In this document: in pieces, positions 1 to 12,900 of the stretch
Numbering within the stretch: the first letter of the stretch is position 1
How the letters are laid out: each line of letters starts with the position of its first letter
DNA from: Octopus sinensis
Lineage: Eukaryota
Direction of reading: 5' to 3'
Length of the DNA stretch: 64,000 bases
NCBI RefSeq assembly: GCF_006345805.1
Contig: NC_043009.1
Coordinates: 17,918,001 to 17,982,000 of the forward strand
Translations under genes and position numbers: made by a program
The notes under the pieces: generated by a model
Database searches by the model: none
What the model was told of the DNA's origin: nothing
Seen by the model: the letters and a program-made list of their open reading frames with translations, nothing else

Positions 1-42
1 ATATATATATACATATATATATGTATGTATATATATATATAT

Positions 43-258
43 AGTTAATCCAAACATGAAAACACAAAGAAAAAACACAACAACGCGAGGATGTGGAACA
101 AGTATAGTGTTATTGGATGGTCAGGAAAGGAAAGAAAGAAGGAGGATTTAACGTTTCGATTGGAGCTCTTTTTCAGAAACATAGGAAAAGGAAACGTCCA
201 AGGAAGAGAAGACGGAGGAAAAAAATCGCCAACGATACACACGCAGTCACATTTTGAA
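43..258 (-). mobile_element. Short Penelope-type repeat carrying a degraded hammerhead motif (copy A)
   Basis: Colinear and highly similar to 34903-35117 (AGTTAATCCAAACA...CACATTTTGAA); flanked by (TA)n on both sides. Confidence 0.7.
146..180 (-). ncRNA. Degenerate minimal hammerhead ribozyme motif
   Basis: Minus strand reads GTTT-CTGAAAA-A-GAGC-TCC-AATC-GAAA-CGTT-AAAT; G8 lost and stem II broken relative to copies B and C. Confidence 0.45.
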
Positions 259-352
259 TTTTGAATATATACATATATATACATATATACATATACATAT
301 ATACATATATATATATAGATACACATATATACATATATATATACATATATAC

Positions 353-391
<39 letters not shown>

Positions 392-800
392 AATTCAAAC
401 TGTGACCGCATGTCACATATATATATATACATATATAATATATATATACACATATACATATACATATATAAATATATATTGATAGTTATGGTAAGACAGC
501 AAAAGAATGAAAGAAACTTTGATATTATGTAAATTGAGGAATTTATCTACATTAATTTTACAGATACATATATATGCATATATATAAATACATATACACA
601 CACACATATCAATACTTATATGTACATCTATACATATATATATGTGTGTGTGTGTGTGTATGTATATAATATATATATATATATATAATTATATACATAT
701 ATATATATATTATATATATATATATATATATATGTAATATATAATATATATATATATATGTATGTATGTATGTATGTATATGTATATATTTGTTATATTG
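259..800. repeat. (TA)n/(CA)n/(TACA)n compound microsatellite
   Basis: Direct reading. Confidence 0.95.
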
Positions 801-1767
801 CATAATATTGGAGTCTTAGATTCTGGTGGTAGGTTATAATAATGGATAATAAAACAACAGAAACTAGAAAATGAAACTATTTTGCAAATTAATAATTATT
901 ATTTAAAGACATTTACCAGGATTTGCTTACAATATCAACAATCATTTTCACTTCTGAAACGATGTAGATTTTTTATGATTCCTAGAATTTCCTGAATCCA
1001 TCAACTGGTGTTCTCAACAATATGATGCTACATACATGGATAATCTGTAATGAATCTGTTATAATTATGTTTATCATGCAAACAACAGCTTTACAAAGTT
1101 ACTTTGGATGAATTCAGGTGGTGTCAATTATAACAGAATGAAGCTTGGATCACTTTATGGCTTCATTTACTTAATTAGCATCCATAAAGAACACTATCAA
1201 CACAATAATTACCCATTACTGTTTATTAATAGTTTCTTCTTGCTAATCTTTCATAGATGACAATAGTAACTTCATTTCCTATATTTCTAAATATGTTTAT
1301 TGTTTTAATTACTTCAGGTTACTTCTCACTGATTTTGGAATGCAACTCCAATCTTATGACAGTATACATATGTAGATGTGTGTGTGTGGGTGGGTGTGCG
1401 CACGCATATGTATGTATGTATTAGAGAGAGAGAGAGAGTGTGTGTGTGTGTGTGTGTACAATAGGTTGTTTGTGGAGCCAACAGAGGTATCTTAAAGGTG
1501 GCTGTGTAACAGAAGGGGTGAGCCCTGAAAGGTGCAGTGCTATCTGAGGAAGTGCTTACTAGACACAAAGTAGGGCTTGATCAAATCTAGCCAGGTTACC
1601 TGGGTGAAGGTGTCTCATGATGAAAGACCCAAACATGTGATGGCCCCAGGAAAAATCATTGACGATATGATTAGGTGCATGTAAAAACCAATCAATCAAT
1701 CAATCAATTAATAAATCAATCAATCTATCTATCTAGCTAGCTAGCTATCTGTCTATCTGTCTGCCTG

Positions 1768-1853
<86 letters not shown>

Positions 1854-2127
1854 CAATTTATCCATAAAATGATATATATCTATAAAATATCCATAAAAGA
1901 AGCACACTCTAAAGCATATAGTAATAATGTATTATAAGTAGTTAAGGTCTATAATCCAGTCATAGAGTGACCTATGGTTTCACATGGAGCAAAGGCCTTT
2001 GTGGATATGAAACCATTAGTCACTCTATGACCAGACGTAGACTTATATATATATATATATATTATATATATTATACATATATATATACATATATATATAT
2101 GTGTGTGTATATCTATATATGTATCTA

Positions 2128-2161
<34 letters not shown>

Positions 2162-2164
2162 AGA

Positions 2165-2238
2165 CTGCTAGTCTTTTAAAAAAGATCTTGATGTATATAT
2201 ATATATATACATCAAGATCTTTTTTAAAAGACTAGCAG
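2165..2238. repeat. Perfect 74-bp palindrome centred on (TA)8
   Basis: CTGCTAGTCTTTTAAAAAAGATCTTGATG-(TA)8-CATCAAGATCTTTTTTAAAAGACTAGCAG. Confidence 0.95.
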
Positions 2239-2672
2239 TTACCCAAGCACAATATAAGTTACTCCTTTCCATTCCATCAATGTTGTGAAAGGTAAAAGCA
2301 AGGTGAAGACCAATACAAGGTGTTACGTGTGTCAGTGCAGGTGTCACAATCAGAGTATAGAAAGCCAGAACAGATATCATAAAGCTGCTCATCTAACACT
2401 CTTAACAATTCCACCATTCCATCATTCCACCATTCCACTATTCTGGATTGATATTTAAAAAATTTTTTATTGAATCCAAAAACATGAAAGACAGCATTGA
2501 CTTAAAGAGGATTAGAACTCAGAGAGGGGACAGTCAGAATGAGTATTGTGAGTCATTTCCAACCAAAGCTTTAATAACTGCCAATTCCTTGTACACACAC
2601 ACACACACACATACACGCACACACATATATGTATGTATGTATGCATGTATGTGTGTGTGTATGTATGTACAT

Positions 2673-2704
<32 letters not shown>

Positions 2705-2978
2705 GTGTATAAATAATAAAAGGAAATACCTAAGGTGGTAGAGGTGGTTTGCAATAAAGGTTATCGTAACAAGCAAGTTAATGTACCCACAGCAGTCCTT
2801 ACACAAGAGCAACAATAAACACACACACATATATGTATGTATGTATCCATACATAATATGTATATGCATATATATTTATATAAAATATATTATATATATA
2901 TATATACACACTCACACGCATACACACATACATATCAGATGGACAGATGGATAGGCAATAAGATAGACAGATAAAAGA

Positions 2979-3014
<36 letters not shown>

Positions 3015-3314
3015 GAGAGAGATTCATACACATATGTATGAGGCTATTATATTAATTTTTTTCTTCTGACAAAACAAAAGCAAAAACAGAAATGAACTTT
3101 ATATAAATCAAGTTTGTTTTTTTCTTTTCATATTAGTTAATTGAAGTTTGTTAGAGAGCACAGACGTCAATTAGAACTTAATTGATCAATGATACCAACA
3201 AGAAGCACCAAAATCTTTAGATATATCTAACTAAAAACTTATACCCGTATAATATATATGTATGTATTTATATGTATATATACATAGGTGTGTGTGTCTG
3301 TGTGAGTATGTGTG

Positions 3315-3359
<45 letters not shown>

Positions 3360-3873
3360 ATGTATATGAAATCTCTTCTTCCTGCTTCTCTACTTTAGAA
3401 AACACATAACACAGCTTGTTAATAATTGACAGTTTTCAAGGAGAGCGTGAGAACGTGGCAAATCTCTCATGTGTCAGTAATTAAGGGCCATTTAAGGAGC
3501 TCATCAGTAGTGGTTAGAGGTGGATCTAAAGAAGCTGGCAAAATCTATTGTCAACGGTTGCCAATGTGGCAGTCATTAACATAATACTAATACTACTCAT
3601 AATAATAATAACAACTATTATTATTATTATTAAGTAATTATGATAAAAGCCCTACAGTTGTGTTACTCAACAGAAGTGTAATAATTTTTCAGAGTGGGGG
3701 GAGGGGGGTTATAATAAAAAAATAAACATAAATAGATTAGATCAGCTGTTGGGTCAGTGTGTGTAAAATCTTCATTAACCAGTTCCCATAGACTGAGCTC
3801 TTTGGTTTAAATGGTGAGTGATGACCCACATATGACCACCCTTTCATAACCTCTAAGCACAATAATAATAATA

Positions 3874-3907
<34 letters not shown>

Positions 3908-4240
3908 CCACCACCACCATTACCACCACCACCACCACCATCATCATCATCACCATCATTGCTGATGTTGTTACTATTACTACTACCATGACAATCACCA
4001 AAAGGAAAAGGACCTAATTATCAATTAAAGGGGCTTGAACTGGAGGCCCTAATTATTAAAGGGGAAATGGTAATAACTCCGATAAATATTTGTTGGTTCT
4101 TGATTTTCCCAGCAAACTATTGCAGAACTAAACAAAGGCGGACACACATACTTGCACAAACACAGAATCACATATGCATGGACGTACCCCGTATAAATAT
4201 AGGTATCTACATAAATGTATGTCTGTATAGATATTTTTTT

Positions 4241-4597
4241 ATCTTTTATCTTTTACTTGTTTCAATCATTAGACTGTGGCCATGCTGGGGCACTGCCATG
4301 AAGAACTTTCAGTCGAATGAACTGACCCCAGTACTTCTTTTCCTTTTTTTTTTAAGCTTGGTACTTATTCAATTGGTCACTTCTACCACACCAATAAGTT
4401 GTGGCGGGGGAGCAAACACAGACACAAAGACATGCACACACACACACACACACATGATGGGCTTCTTTCAGTTTCTGTCTTGTAAATCCACTCACAAAGC
4501 TTTGGTTAGTCCAAGGCTATGGTAGAAGACACTTGCCCAGGGTGTCATGCAGTGGGACAGAATTTGGAACTATGTGGCTGGAAAGCAAACTTCTTTA
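4241..4597 (-). mobile_element. tRNA-derived SINE, family A
   Basis: Matches the best copy at 56404-56852 (CTTTTACTTGTTTCA tail, GGCCATGCTGGGGCA, central CA tract, AAATCCACTCACAA, GACACTTGCCCA). Confidence 0.85.
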
Positions 4598-4730
4598 TCA
4601 TCCTCATTTTACATATATATCTATCTATCTCTGTCTACACACACACTCACATGTACACACATACATGCACACAAACACATAATACATACAAACAAACATA
4701 CAAGCATGCATGCATACATTAAGACAGAGT

Positions 4731-5904
4731 GACCCAAGAATATTACCCTAGACTTAAATATGGCAGTTGAAACTCTCCTCTTACAACAAAACAATATCCC
4801 AAAATGCATTTGCCGTACCAGTGCTCATTCTGACGCTTAGGATATTTCATTGGTCTATAGAGGACATCCACTCCATAGATATCAAGACCCACAAAATCCA
4901 GACAACAACTGGGAACTTCCACAGAAACAGTAATGTTGACAGGCTCTACCTCAGAAGAAATGAAGGTGGCAGAGATCTGAGATGCTGAAAAGTGAAGTAA
5001 GCAACATTGTATGAGTTGGTTCCTCAAGAAGCACTCTCTTCTTAATGATCTCCTGTTCAGCCCCAAAACAGCTGGGCTCTCTTACCTCAGAGAATACCTA
5101 GATGGAAAGCACTCAGCATACAAAAAAAGACTAGGCATGGGTATGTTACCTGGAAACTTGAAGAAGACAGTAGAATTGACTTGGAGCGCAGCCTCTCTTG
5201 GACACAAGACCACTACATCACATCACTCTTTGCAGGCTATGCATTTGCAATCCAGGAACAGGAAATTGCCACAAAGTACCTGGTGAACAAGAGAGACAGT
5301 GACACTCTTGTAATCCCAAGGTGCAACTGCATGCGTAAGCTATGTCATGTTCACACATGTGATTAGAAAATGTCCTAAAATGTTGTCCTGGTACTACCTC
5401 CCTATGTGGCATGATGTTGTTGCTAAAACAATTTACAATGCCATCCGCAAAAAAAACTGTCCTGAAATAAACTTAGAAAATCCCTCTGTTATGGAATATA
5501 TTTATAAACACCAACTCAAGGAAGAATACTGGTGGAATATTCCCATCAAAACTTCTGTCAAATGTAAACATAACAGGCTGGATATTGTTGTTTGGGACAG
5601 GGGGGCAAAGGTATGTACCGTCATAGAGGTCAGCTGCCCTGCAGATATAAATATTACTTTGAAAATCAAAGAAAAAGAGGATATCTATGGACAACTGCTT
5701 TGAAACCTCCAGTTCCTACATCCAAACTATGATTTCATATTCATACCAATGATAATTGGAGCACTAGGTTTTCTGAGTAAATGCTCAAAGGAGAATCAGG
5801 ATAAACTAGGATTTTCAGAAAGAGAAACTGACCGTACATTACAAGTGTAATCTGTGAGTGGAACAGTAAAAATATGCAAGACTTTTCTCAAGTTCCAAAT
5901 GTGA
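4731..5904 (+). pseudogene. R4/Dong-like RLE non-LTR retrotransposon, 3' part (RT C-terminus, zinc-knuckle region, REL endonuclease), frameshifted
   Basis: Translated motifs AVPVL...DRLYLRRNEGGR, HGY...AIQEQEIATKY, HDVVAKTIY, KHNRLDIVVWD...IEVSCPAD, IPMIIGALG, SGTVKICKTFLKFQM*. Confidence 0.88.
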
Positions 5905-5931
5905 ATTTGCCTGTGTTAACTACATCCCAAA

Positions 5932-6095
5932 GTACTTTCCAACTGGGTTTTCTCTGAGGTAAGAGAGCCCAGCTGTTTTGGGGCTGTATAGGATATCATC
6001 AAGAAGAGAGTGTTTCTTGAGGAGCTCACTGCCAACTCGTACTTTGTGTCTTTGTTGGAAACCGACTCCCTACTCAGTGGAAGATTTATAATGAT
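5932..6095 (-). mobile_element. Inverted internal fragment of the same R4-like family
   Basis: 5932-6038 is the reverse complement of about 5012-5112; minus frame reads RVGSELLKKHSLLDDILYSPKTAGLSYLRE. Confidence 0.8.
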
Positions 6096-6112
6096 TAAAA
6101 AAATAGAAGAGA

Positions 6113-6545
6113 CATACATACATACATACATACATACATACTTACATACATACATACACGCACACATACACACATAGATACACATACATGCATACACACA
6201 TACATACATACATACACACATACATACACACATAGACACACACACATACATACACACATACACACATATATACATGCACACATAGACACACACACACATA
6301 CATACATACATGCACACATAGACACACACACACATACATACATACATACACACATAGACACACACACATACATACACACACACATACATAATACATACAT
6401 ACACACATAGACACACACACATACATACACACACACATACATACATACATACATACACACATAGACACACACACATACATACACACATACACACATACAT
6501 ACATACATGCACACATAGACACACACACACATACATACATACATA
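6113..6545. repeat. (CATA)n/(CA)n compound microsatellite
   Basis: Direct reading; source of the MYVC ORFs. Confidence 0.95.
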
Positions 6546-6549
6546 GACC

Positions 6550-6860
6550 ATTGCTAAGGAGTCTGCAAATCTAGAACCCAAGACACACTTTCAGCTTCAT
6601 ACCTATAATTATTGGAGCAACAGGACAAATACCAACCCATCTGGAGCACAGTATGGCTAAACTTTGGGTTTTGGGAGAGAATGCAAATCCTTAATTCATA
6701 TACTACAAATGATCCCTATATCTGGGACTATACAAATCTGCAAGGCCCTCTTAAGATTTAAAGGATACTGGTTAAAACAAGATACTCTTTCCTGCAAAAC
6801 CTTGCTACTATGTAGGGGAGCAGTCAAGATTTCCTCCAAAATCAAAATGAGAATGAGAAC
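6550..6860 (+). mobile_element. 5'-truncated R4-like 3' end (copy 2)
   Basis: FIPIIIGATG and GFGRECKSLIHILQMIPISGTIQICKALLRF, then 3' UTR running into (CATA)n. Confidence 0.8.
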
Positions 6861-6968
6861 ATACATACATTCATACATACATATATACATTCATACATAC
6901 ATACATACATACATACATACATACATACATACATACATACATACATACATACATACATACATACATAC

Positions 6969-7225
6969 TTTCCAATAATAATTAGAGCACTTGAATTTGT
7001 AAGTATCAGTCTAGATAAGCTTGGATTTTCAGAAATAGAAATCAACCAACTGATTCGCACATTACAAATGTAATCTGTAAGTGGAACAGTAAAACTCTGC
7101 AAAACTTTTCTCAGGTTTAAAATGTGACAATGTTCTTATTACCTACATTTCAAAGATGGAGCTTTGTATCTTTGTTAGAGACCAGCTCCTTCTTCAGAAG
7201 AAGAATTTAAATGGTTACATACATA
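6969..7225 (+). mobile_element. 5'-truncated R4-like 3' end (copy 3)
   Basis: PIIIRALEFV...LDKLGFSEIEINQLIRTLQM*SVSGTVKLCKTFLRFKM* (TGA 7125-7127); ends at TACATACATA. Confidence 0.82.
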
Positions 7226-7846
7226 AGAGACAGACACATATGTATGATATATACATAGACAACAGACAGGCCATGTGGTCACTTCAGAGACATATGAAGG
7301 AGAGTCTACAATGCGAATGCACTGTCAGCTGGTGTCTTCAAAAGTAGCTGCAGGTGGATCAATGTCGTGTGAGTGAAAATTTTATAGATGGAAACTGAAG
7401 GACACCTGTTGCATATGTATATATCTATGTGTGTATTTGTGCATATGTGGTCATGTGGGTTTCCTTTGACCTGTGCACCCTAATTGTAAACAAAGTAACC
7501 TTATTACAAAAAACAGTGACATCTGTTTACAATCCATCAACAAAAGCTTGGCTGACCATTGTGTTGTATGCCATTCAAAGGAGAAACGGAAATATTAACT
7601 TAGATGGAAACAATTGACAGTTAACAACAGGAAGAAAAACCTTCATTATCAATTTAATTTTATGTTTTCATTTAAATGTAAACTTAATTATTGCAGCAAT
7701 CTTTCTCTCAGCTAATAAAGGTCATGTGACTATGTTTCTTTGATCAAAACAGGATTCTAAGATACTACGTTTACATTCCAATTTCAAACAGGCAACGATA
7801 AGAAGAAGAAAGTTTATAGACAAGTACATATTATATATATATATAT

Positions 7847-8235
7847 AGGCTGTGTGATAAGAAGTTTGCTTCTCAACCACATGGATCAGGGTTCAGTCCC
7901 ATTGCACAGCACCTTGGGCTTTTCTTCTACAATAGCCTCAGGCTGACCAAAGCCCTGTGAGTGGATTTGGTAGAAGACTGAAAAGAGCCTGTCTTGTGTG
8001 TGTGTGTGGTTTTGTGTCTATTTTTCCCCCCACCCCACCCAGTACCACTTGACAACTGGAGTCGATGTGTTTACATCCCTGTAACCTAGCAGTTCAGCAA
8101 AAGAGACCAATAGAATAGGTACCAGGCTTTGCAAAAAATAAGTACTGGGGTCAATTCATTTGACTAAAAATTCTTGATGAAGAAATGCCCCAGCATGGTC
8201 ACAGTCTAATGACAGAAACAATTAAAAGATAAAAG

Positions 8236-8237
<2 letters not shown>
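7847..8237 (+). mobile_element. tRNA-derived SINE, family A
   Basis: A-box-like GGCTGTGTGAT, B-box-like GGTTCAGTCCC, family body and tail. Confidence 0.85.
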
Positions 8238-8272
<35 letters not shown>

Positions 8273-8499
8273 GCGATGTTTGTACACTTTGGTCTCTTAT
8301 ATGTAAGTATATATTTATCTAAATCTTGTATGACTCTATTCTCTTATTCTTTTATTCTTTCCAACTTCTATCAACTCTTTCACACTTATTCCGTTCATTC
8401 CACTCTTCATTCTTTTGTTCCCTCTCTCTCACATTTCTTTGCCTTCTCTTCTTACTCAATTTCCCTCCACTTTTCACTTCACTGTGTCCCTGTTATTTT

Positions 8500-9345
8500 T
8501 TCTCGCTCTTCCTTATTTCTTCGGGGCCCCTCTACCTCTACCTCTCTCTCTTCTCTCCCCACATGACTGGTGCTCGACCAAGCCTGACCTTTCTTTCTTG
8601 GCTCAGACATTTTCTGTGCAACATCTATATTCTTCCCTGTGCCTGTGAAATCTTGTATCCCTGCCATAAGGCTTTACTTCCACACACACTGGCTTAATTT
8701 AATTCATTCTTAGTCAAAAGACACCTGTTGTTATGTCCTGTTATTTGTATTTGTGTAACTTTCTCCACTTTTCCAGTCCTTGTTTTTGTATACATTCACT
8801 GCTTTCTTCCAAGGAATCTAATGCTCTTAGCTTAATTTTTCTTTGGAGCTGGCCAAATTGGAGCAATCTCGAGTATAACCAGCTGAAATTGCGAAGATAA
8901 TCTGGAACTTGACTGAAGAAAGAAAACTCCAAATGACCTGTCCTTGTTTTCTTTGTATTGTCTATCTGGATGTATCGTCTAACCCTTTCTTGTATCACCT
9001 AACTGTCTGGATGTTTTGCATTCTTGTCCCATTTTGTATTTATATATGTGTGTGTATATATATATATACACGTTTATAAATTTGTGTTGCAAGATTCTTG
9101 ATGGGAAGTCATGCATTGAAACAGATACTGTCGGTGGTCATTTTCTTTTTTTTTTTTTCAAAATAAACACACACACTGTATATTCGTTCTTCACTCAGTT
9201 ATTTTCCATTGTCTGGAAATTTTTCGTTGCACATCTGTGACCTCTCCAGAGACACTTTCTGACTTCTTGTGTGCTCTTGCTCTGCTTATTCCAGTCTGTT
9301 CTAGAAGAACACACTCTGTCACTTTCAAAAATGACCATCCCGAAA
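8500..9345 (-). pseudogene. Degraded Penelope-like element (RT thumb plus GIY-YIG endonuclease region)
   Basis: Minus-strand ORF 8741-8998 (KKTRTGHLEFSF.SQVP...) resembles the PLE thumb region; downstream CVCG and HREEYR...KERSGLVEH resemble a GIY-YIG domain. Heavily decayed. Confidence 0.45.
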
Positions 9346-9988
9346 TACAACAATATATATATATTATATATATATATATATGTGTGTGTGTATACATACA
9401 CACACACACATATATATATGTACACACATTGTCGTCATCATTATCATCACTATTTTAACACTACTTTTCCATGCTTGGATGGGTCAGACAAAAATAAGTT
9501 AAGGCAGAATCTACAACCAGATGCCCCTCTTGACACATGTCAAGAAACCATTTGTTTGTGAGGTGGTTGTTTATAAGCAGTGAACACAGAGGATAGTGGG
9601 GAAATATGAACTCTCTCCCATGCACACACAAGTTTATGTCATCATCATCATTTTAGAAGATCACTTTTCATGTTTGCTTGGGTGGGAGGGAATGGATTTG
9701 GTAGAAGAAAACTGAAAAGAAGCCTGTCGTATGTGTGTGCGAGTGAGGAGGCACAGAATTCAGTGAAGCAGGTTTTCTATAGCTGGATGCCCTTTCTTTT
9801 GCCAACACTCACCTGCTTCCCCATTTAGTTTACAAATTTAATGAAGGAATTTGTTAGTTGAAGATTCTTAGAGAGAAAGAGAGAGGGGCAGAAAGAATGG
9901 CAGAAAGGGAGAGAGGGAGAGAAAGGGAGGAGAGGAAAAGACTGAGAGGGAGCCCATAGGACCAATAATTATGATTTCAAGATATATA

Positions 9989-10428
9989 TCTTTTCATCTT
10001 TTACTTGTTTCAGTGATTAAACTGCAGCCATGCTGGCAATCCACCTTGAAGAATTTTTAATCAAATGAATCAATTTCGGTATTTTTATTTTTATTTTATT
10101 TTAAGCCTAGCATTTATTCTATTAATCTATTTTTCCAAACCACTACGTTACAAGGACATATATGCACCATCACTGCTTGTCAAAAGGTGGTGGGAGATAA
10201 ACACAGACATAAAACCACATGCACACACACACACACGCACACACACACACACACATATATATATGATGAACTTCATTCAGTTTACATCTACCAAATCTAC
10301 TCACAAGGCTTTGGTCAGCCTAAGACTATAGCAGCAGACACTTACCCAAAGGCACCACACCATGGGTCTGAACCTAGAACCATGCAGTTGGGAAGCAAGT
10401 TTCTGACCTCACAGCCATGCCTGTGCCC
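9989..10428 (-). mobile_element. tRNA-derived SINE, family A
   Basis: Full family layout with central CA tract. Confidence 0.85.
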
Positions 10429-11093
10429 ATGTGCAGAAATATCAGCAACTGTGATGTAGCTGAGCAGGACATAAAACAAATTCAATTACAATGAGACAGA
10501 AGTTATAGATACCATACACTGTATGATATATGTAAATATTGTTGCTTTTAGTTATCAATAGGGTTTTCTTCCCAAATATGGACCTTATTGAAAGAAATTT
10601 CAATGAGAAACCATGGGGTAGTTTATCTCCCATTTCAATGCAATCAGATTCCCATGAAATAAGGATGGTAAAATTTTGGCACAAGGCAGGGAGTAAATCA
10701 ATTACATCAACCCCACTACACAACTGGTACACATCTTATCAATCCCAAAAGGATGGAAAGCAAAGTCAACCTCAGCAGAATTTGAACTCAGAATGTAAAG
10801 ACAGACAAAATGCCACTAAGCATTTTGTCTGGAATGCTAATGATTCTGCTAGCTTTCCACCCTCCTGGGCTGGTTGACAAAAGGATGAACAGTGTTGTGT
10901 CTGAAGGAGGCATCAAAGGGAAATGCTACTGACAATTGCAAACCACTTTCTTGCTTCCCGTTAATGTGGAAGTTATTGTCAGGAGGAATTGCAGAAGAAC
11001 TGTATAAATTTCTTGATGGCAATGATATATTACCAATGGAACAAAACGGCTGTAGAAGGAGATGCAGAAGTACCAAAGATCAATTATTGATAG

Positions 11094-11289
11094 TTTTATA
11101 TCCTGCCACAGGTTGGTTTAGATAAATTATGCAGTGGAGGTTGAATCAATGTGTTCACACGACATACTTTGCAAAACTATACCAACACACTCTTTCTGAC
11201 CACCACTACTGGACCACTACTCTTTATAAGAGTTCCACCAGTCCATTCTCCAATCTGCCAGGGTGGGGTCAGTGGCTCTCGTCACAACA
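11094..11289 (-). mobile_element. 196-bp insertion with 5-bp TSD (GATAG), possible small solo LTR
   Basis: Interrupts RT codons LLI/DK; GATAG at 11089-11093 and 11290-11294; minus strand starts TGTTGTGA and contains TATAAA. Confidence 0.55.
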
Positions 11290-11707
11290 GATAGACAAAA
11301 TGGTAATGCAAGATTGTAAATGAAGGAGAACAAGATTGGGAATGGCTTGGATTGACTACCACAAGGCTTATGATATGACTCCACATTCATGGATCAAGTG
11401 CTTTGATCTGTTCAGAATGTGAGGAATGCAACATAATTCCTGAAGAGAAGTATGGTGGGGTGGAAAACTAAACTGACATCTTATGGAGAAGTTTGGGCAC
11501 CCTGGGTATCAGAAGAGGGATTTTTCAAGATGATAGCTTATCTCTGTTGTTTTTTGTTCTCTGCATGATACCCCTGACCTTGGTACTTAAGAAAATATAC
11601 CCAGAGTACCAACTAAAGGAAAGATCCCAAACACTTCCTCTTCATGGATGATTTGAAACTGTTTGGCAAGGATGAGACACAAGTGAGTTCCTTGGTGAAC
11701 ATGGTCC

Positions 11708-11766
11708 ACTGTTTTAGTACTGTTTTAGTACTGTTTTAGTACTGTTTTAGTACTGTTTTAGTACTG
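11708..11766. repeat. 11-bp tandem repeat (ACTGTTTTAGT)x5 inside the RT relic
   Basis: Direct reading. Confidence 0.95.
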
Positions 11767-12344
11767 ATATTAGAATGGAATTTGGAATAAGGATTGCAGA
11801 ATAATCCATCCAAAAAAAGGCAAGGTACAGTCCCCAGCTGAGATAGAATTACTGAATAGAGACTTGATTAAACAAATTGAAGCAGAAGGCTATAAATACC
11901 TTGGTATACTAGAGTTCAACGAGATAATGGAGAATGAAATGAAAGAGCAACTGCGGATGGAATATTTCTGAAGACTAAGGTTGGTATTTCGCTCAAAATT
12001 GACTGGATGGAATAAAATTGTAATGTTATTGTCAGTCCAAATATGCTTGATGTATGTCCGAACTGGAAACAAGCTACTCACTGTATTTTGTCATGGAAAA
12101 TATATCCTATTTGTTGACAAATGGTGTATATACACCGAGACCAACAGTGTCACCTATGCAGACTCTGAGATGCTAGCATTTCAGAAAGGTTATCTCCTCT
12201 TTGGTCACAGACACCAGGCAGGAAGTTCTCCAGTTCTCCAGTTCGAACATGTCTCAAGCATATTGAGACTGATCATAACATTACAATTTCACTTATCACT
12301 GCTTAGCGCCCCCCCAACCACCACCACTACCACTCTGTAATTTA

Positions 12345-12900
12345 CTTACAGTGACTGGTGACTGGAAAAGCATAAGAGAGTCAATTTCTTCAATCAGCTC
12401 GTAGCTGGTGTCTGGTGTCTGTGACTGAATTGTAGTTTTATTACTATCAAATTGTAGTTTTATTACCGCATTGTGCCTCAGCCACCCAGGCCCATCGAAT
12501 GGCTTTCATTCCCTTCTGCTTTAGAGCATGTGCCCTAGCTCTAACAATGCAATCTTCATGCTTGGTGTTGAAGAAATGGTCACTATGCCTCTTCTAGTTT
12601 TGTAACTAGGTTTCCCTTTACTCTAGTCTTCTCTATCGCTAGTTCCCTGCTAAATTCTAGTTTCTACTCTAATCACCCATTTTAGGGCTACCCACCAGGG
12701 GTTGTTGATGACAACACCCATCAACTTTCGATGGACTAACTTGCTAAGTTGGTCTCTGAAAGCTTGACGCACTGGGAAGGATGCGTTCAGCTTCCAGTAT
12801 CCGGGACCCTGTCTATGAAGCCTATCTAGGTCAACTGTACAGATTACAAATTTGTGGTCTGTATAGCTGATGAGTTCGAATAGTGGACAACCTATGTTTT
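12345..12900 (-). pseudogene. L1/Tx1-clade LINE ORF2 fragment (end of APE endonuclease)
   Basis: Minus translation SYTDHKFVICTVDL...QGPGYWKLNAS matches the SDH...GYWKLN signature. Confidence 0.8.

Larger units (their letters stand above)
10868..12065 (+). pseudogene. R4/Dong-like reverse transcriptase relic
   Basis: [81 protein letters not shown]. Confidence 0.9.

Noticed and set aside
45-803. Long YIYI/CVCV/MYVC/THTH-type ORFs here and throughout the track (e.g. 5916-6581, 17933-18381, 44556-45395, 53203-54350)
   Set aside because: They are translations of stop-free microsatellites, not genes.
12866-12880. Isolated CTGATGA/CTGAAGA matches (also near 3500, 30217, 61035)
   Set aside because: No stem II plus GAAA plus stem I arrangement; the 12.9-kb one is antisense to L1 coding sequence.
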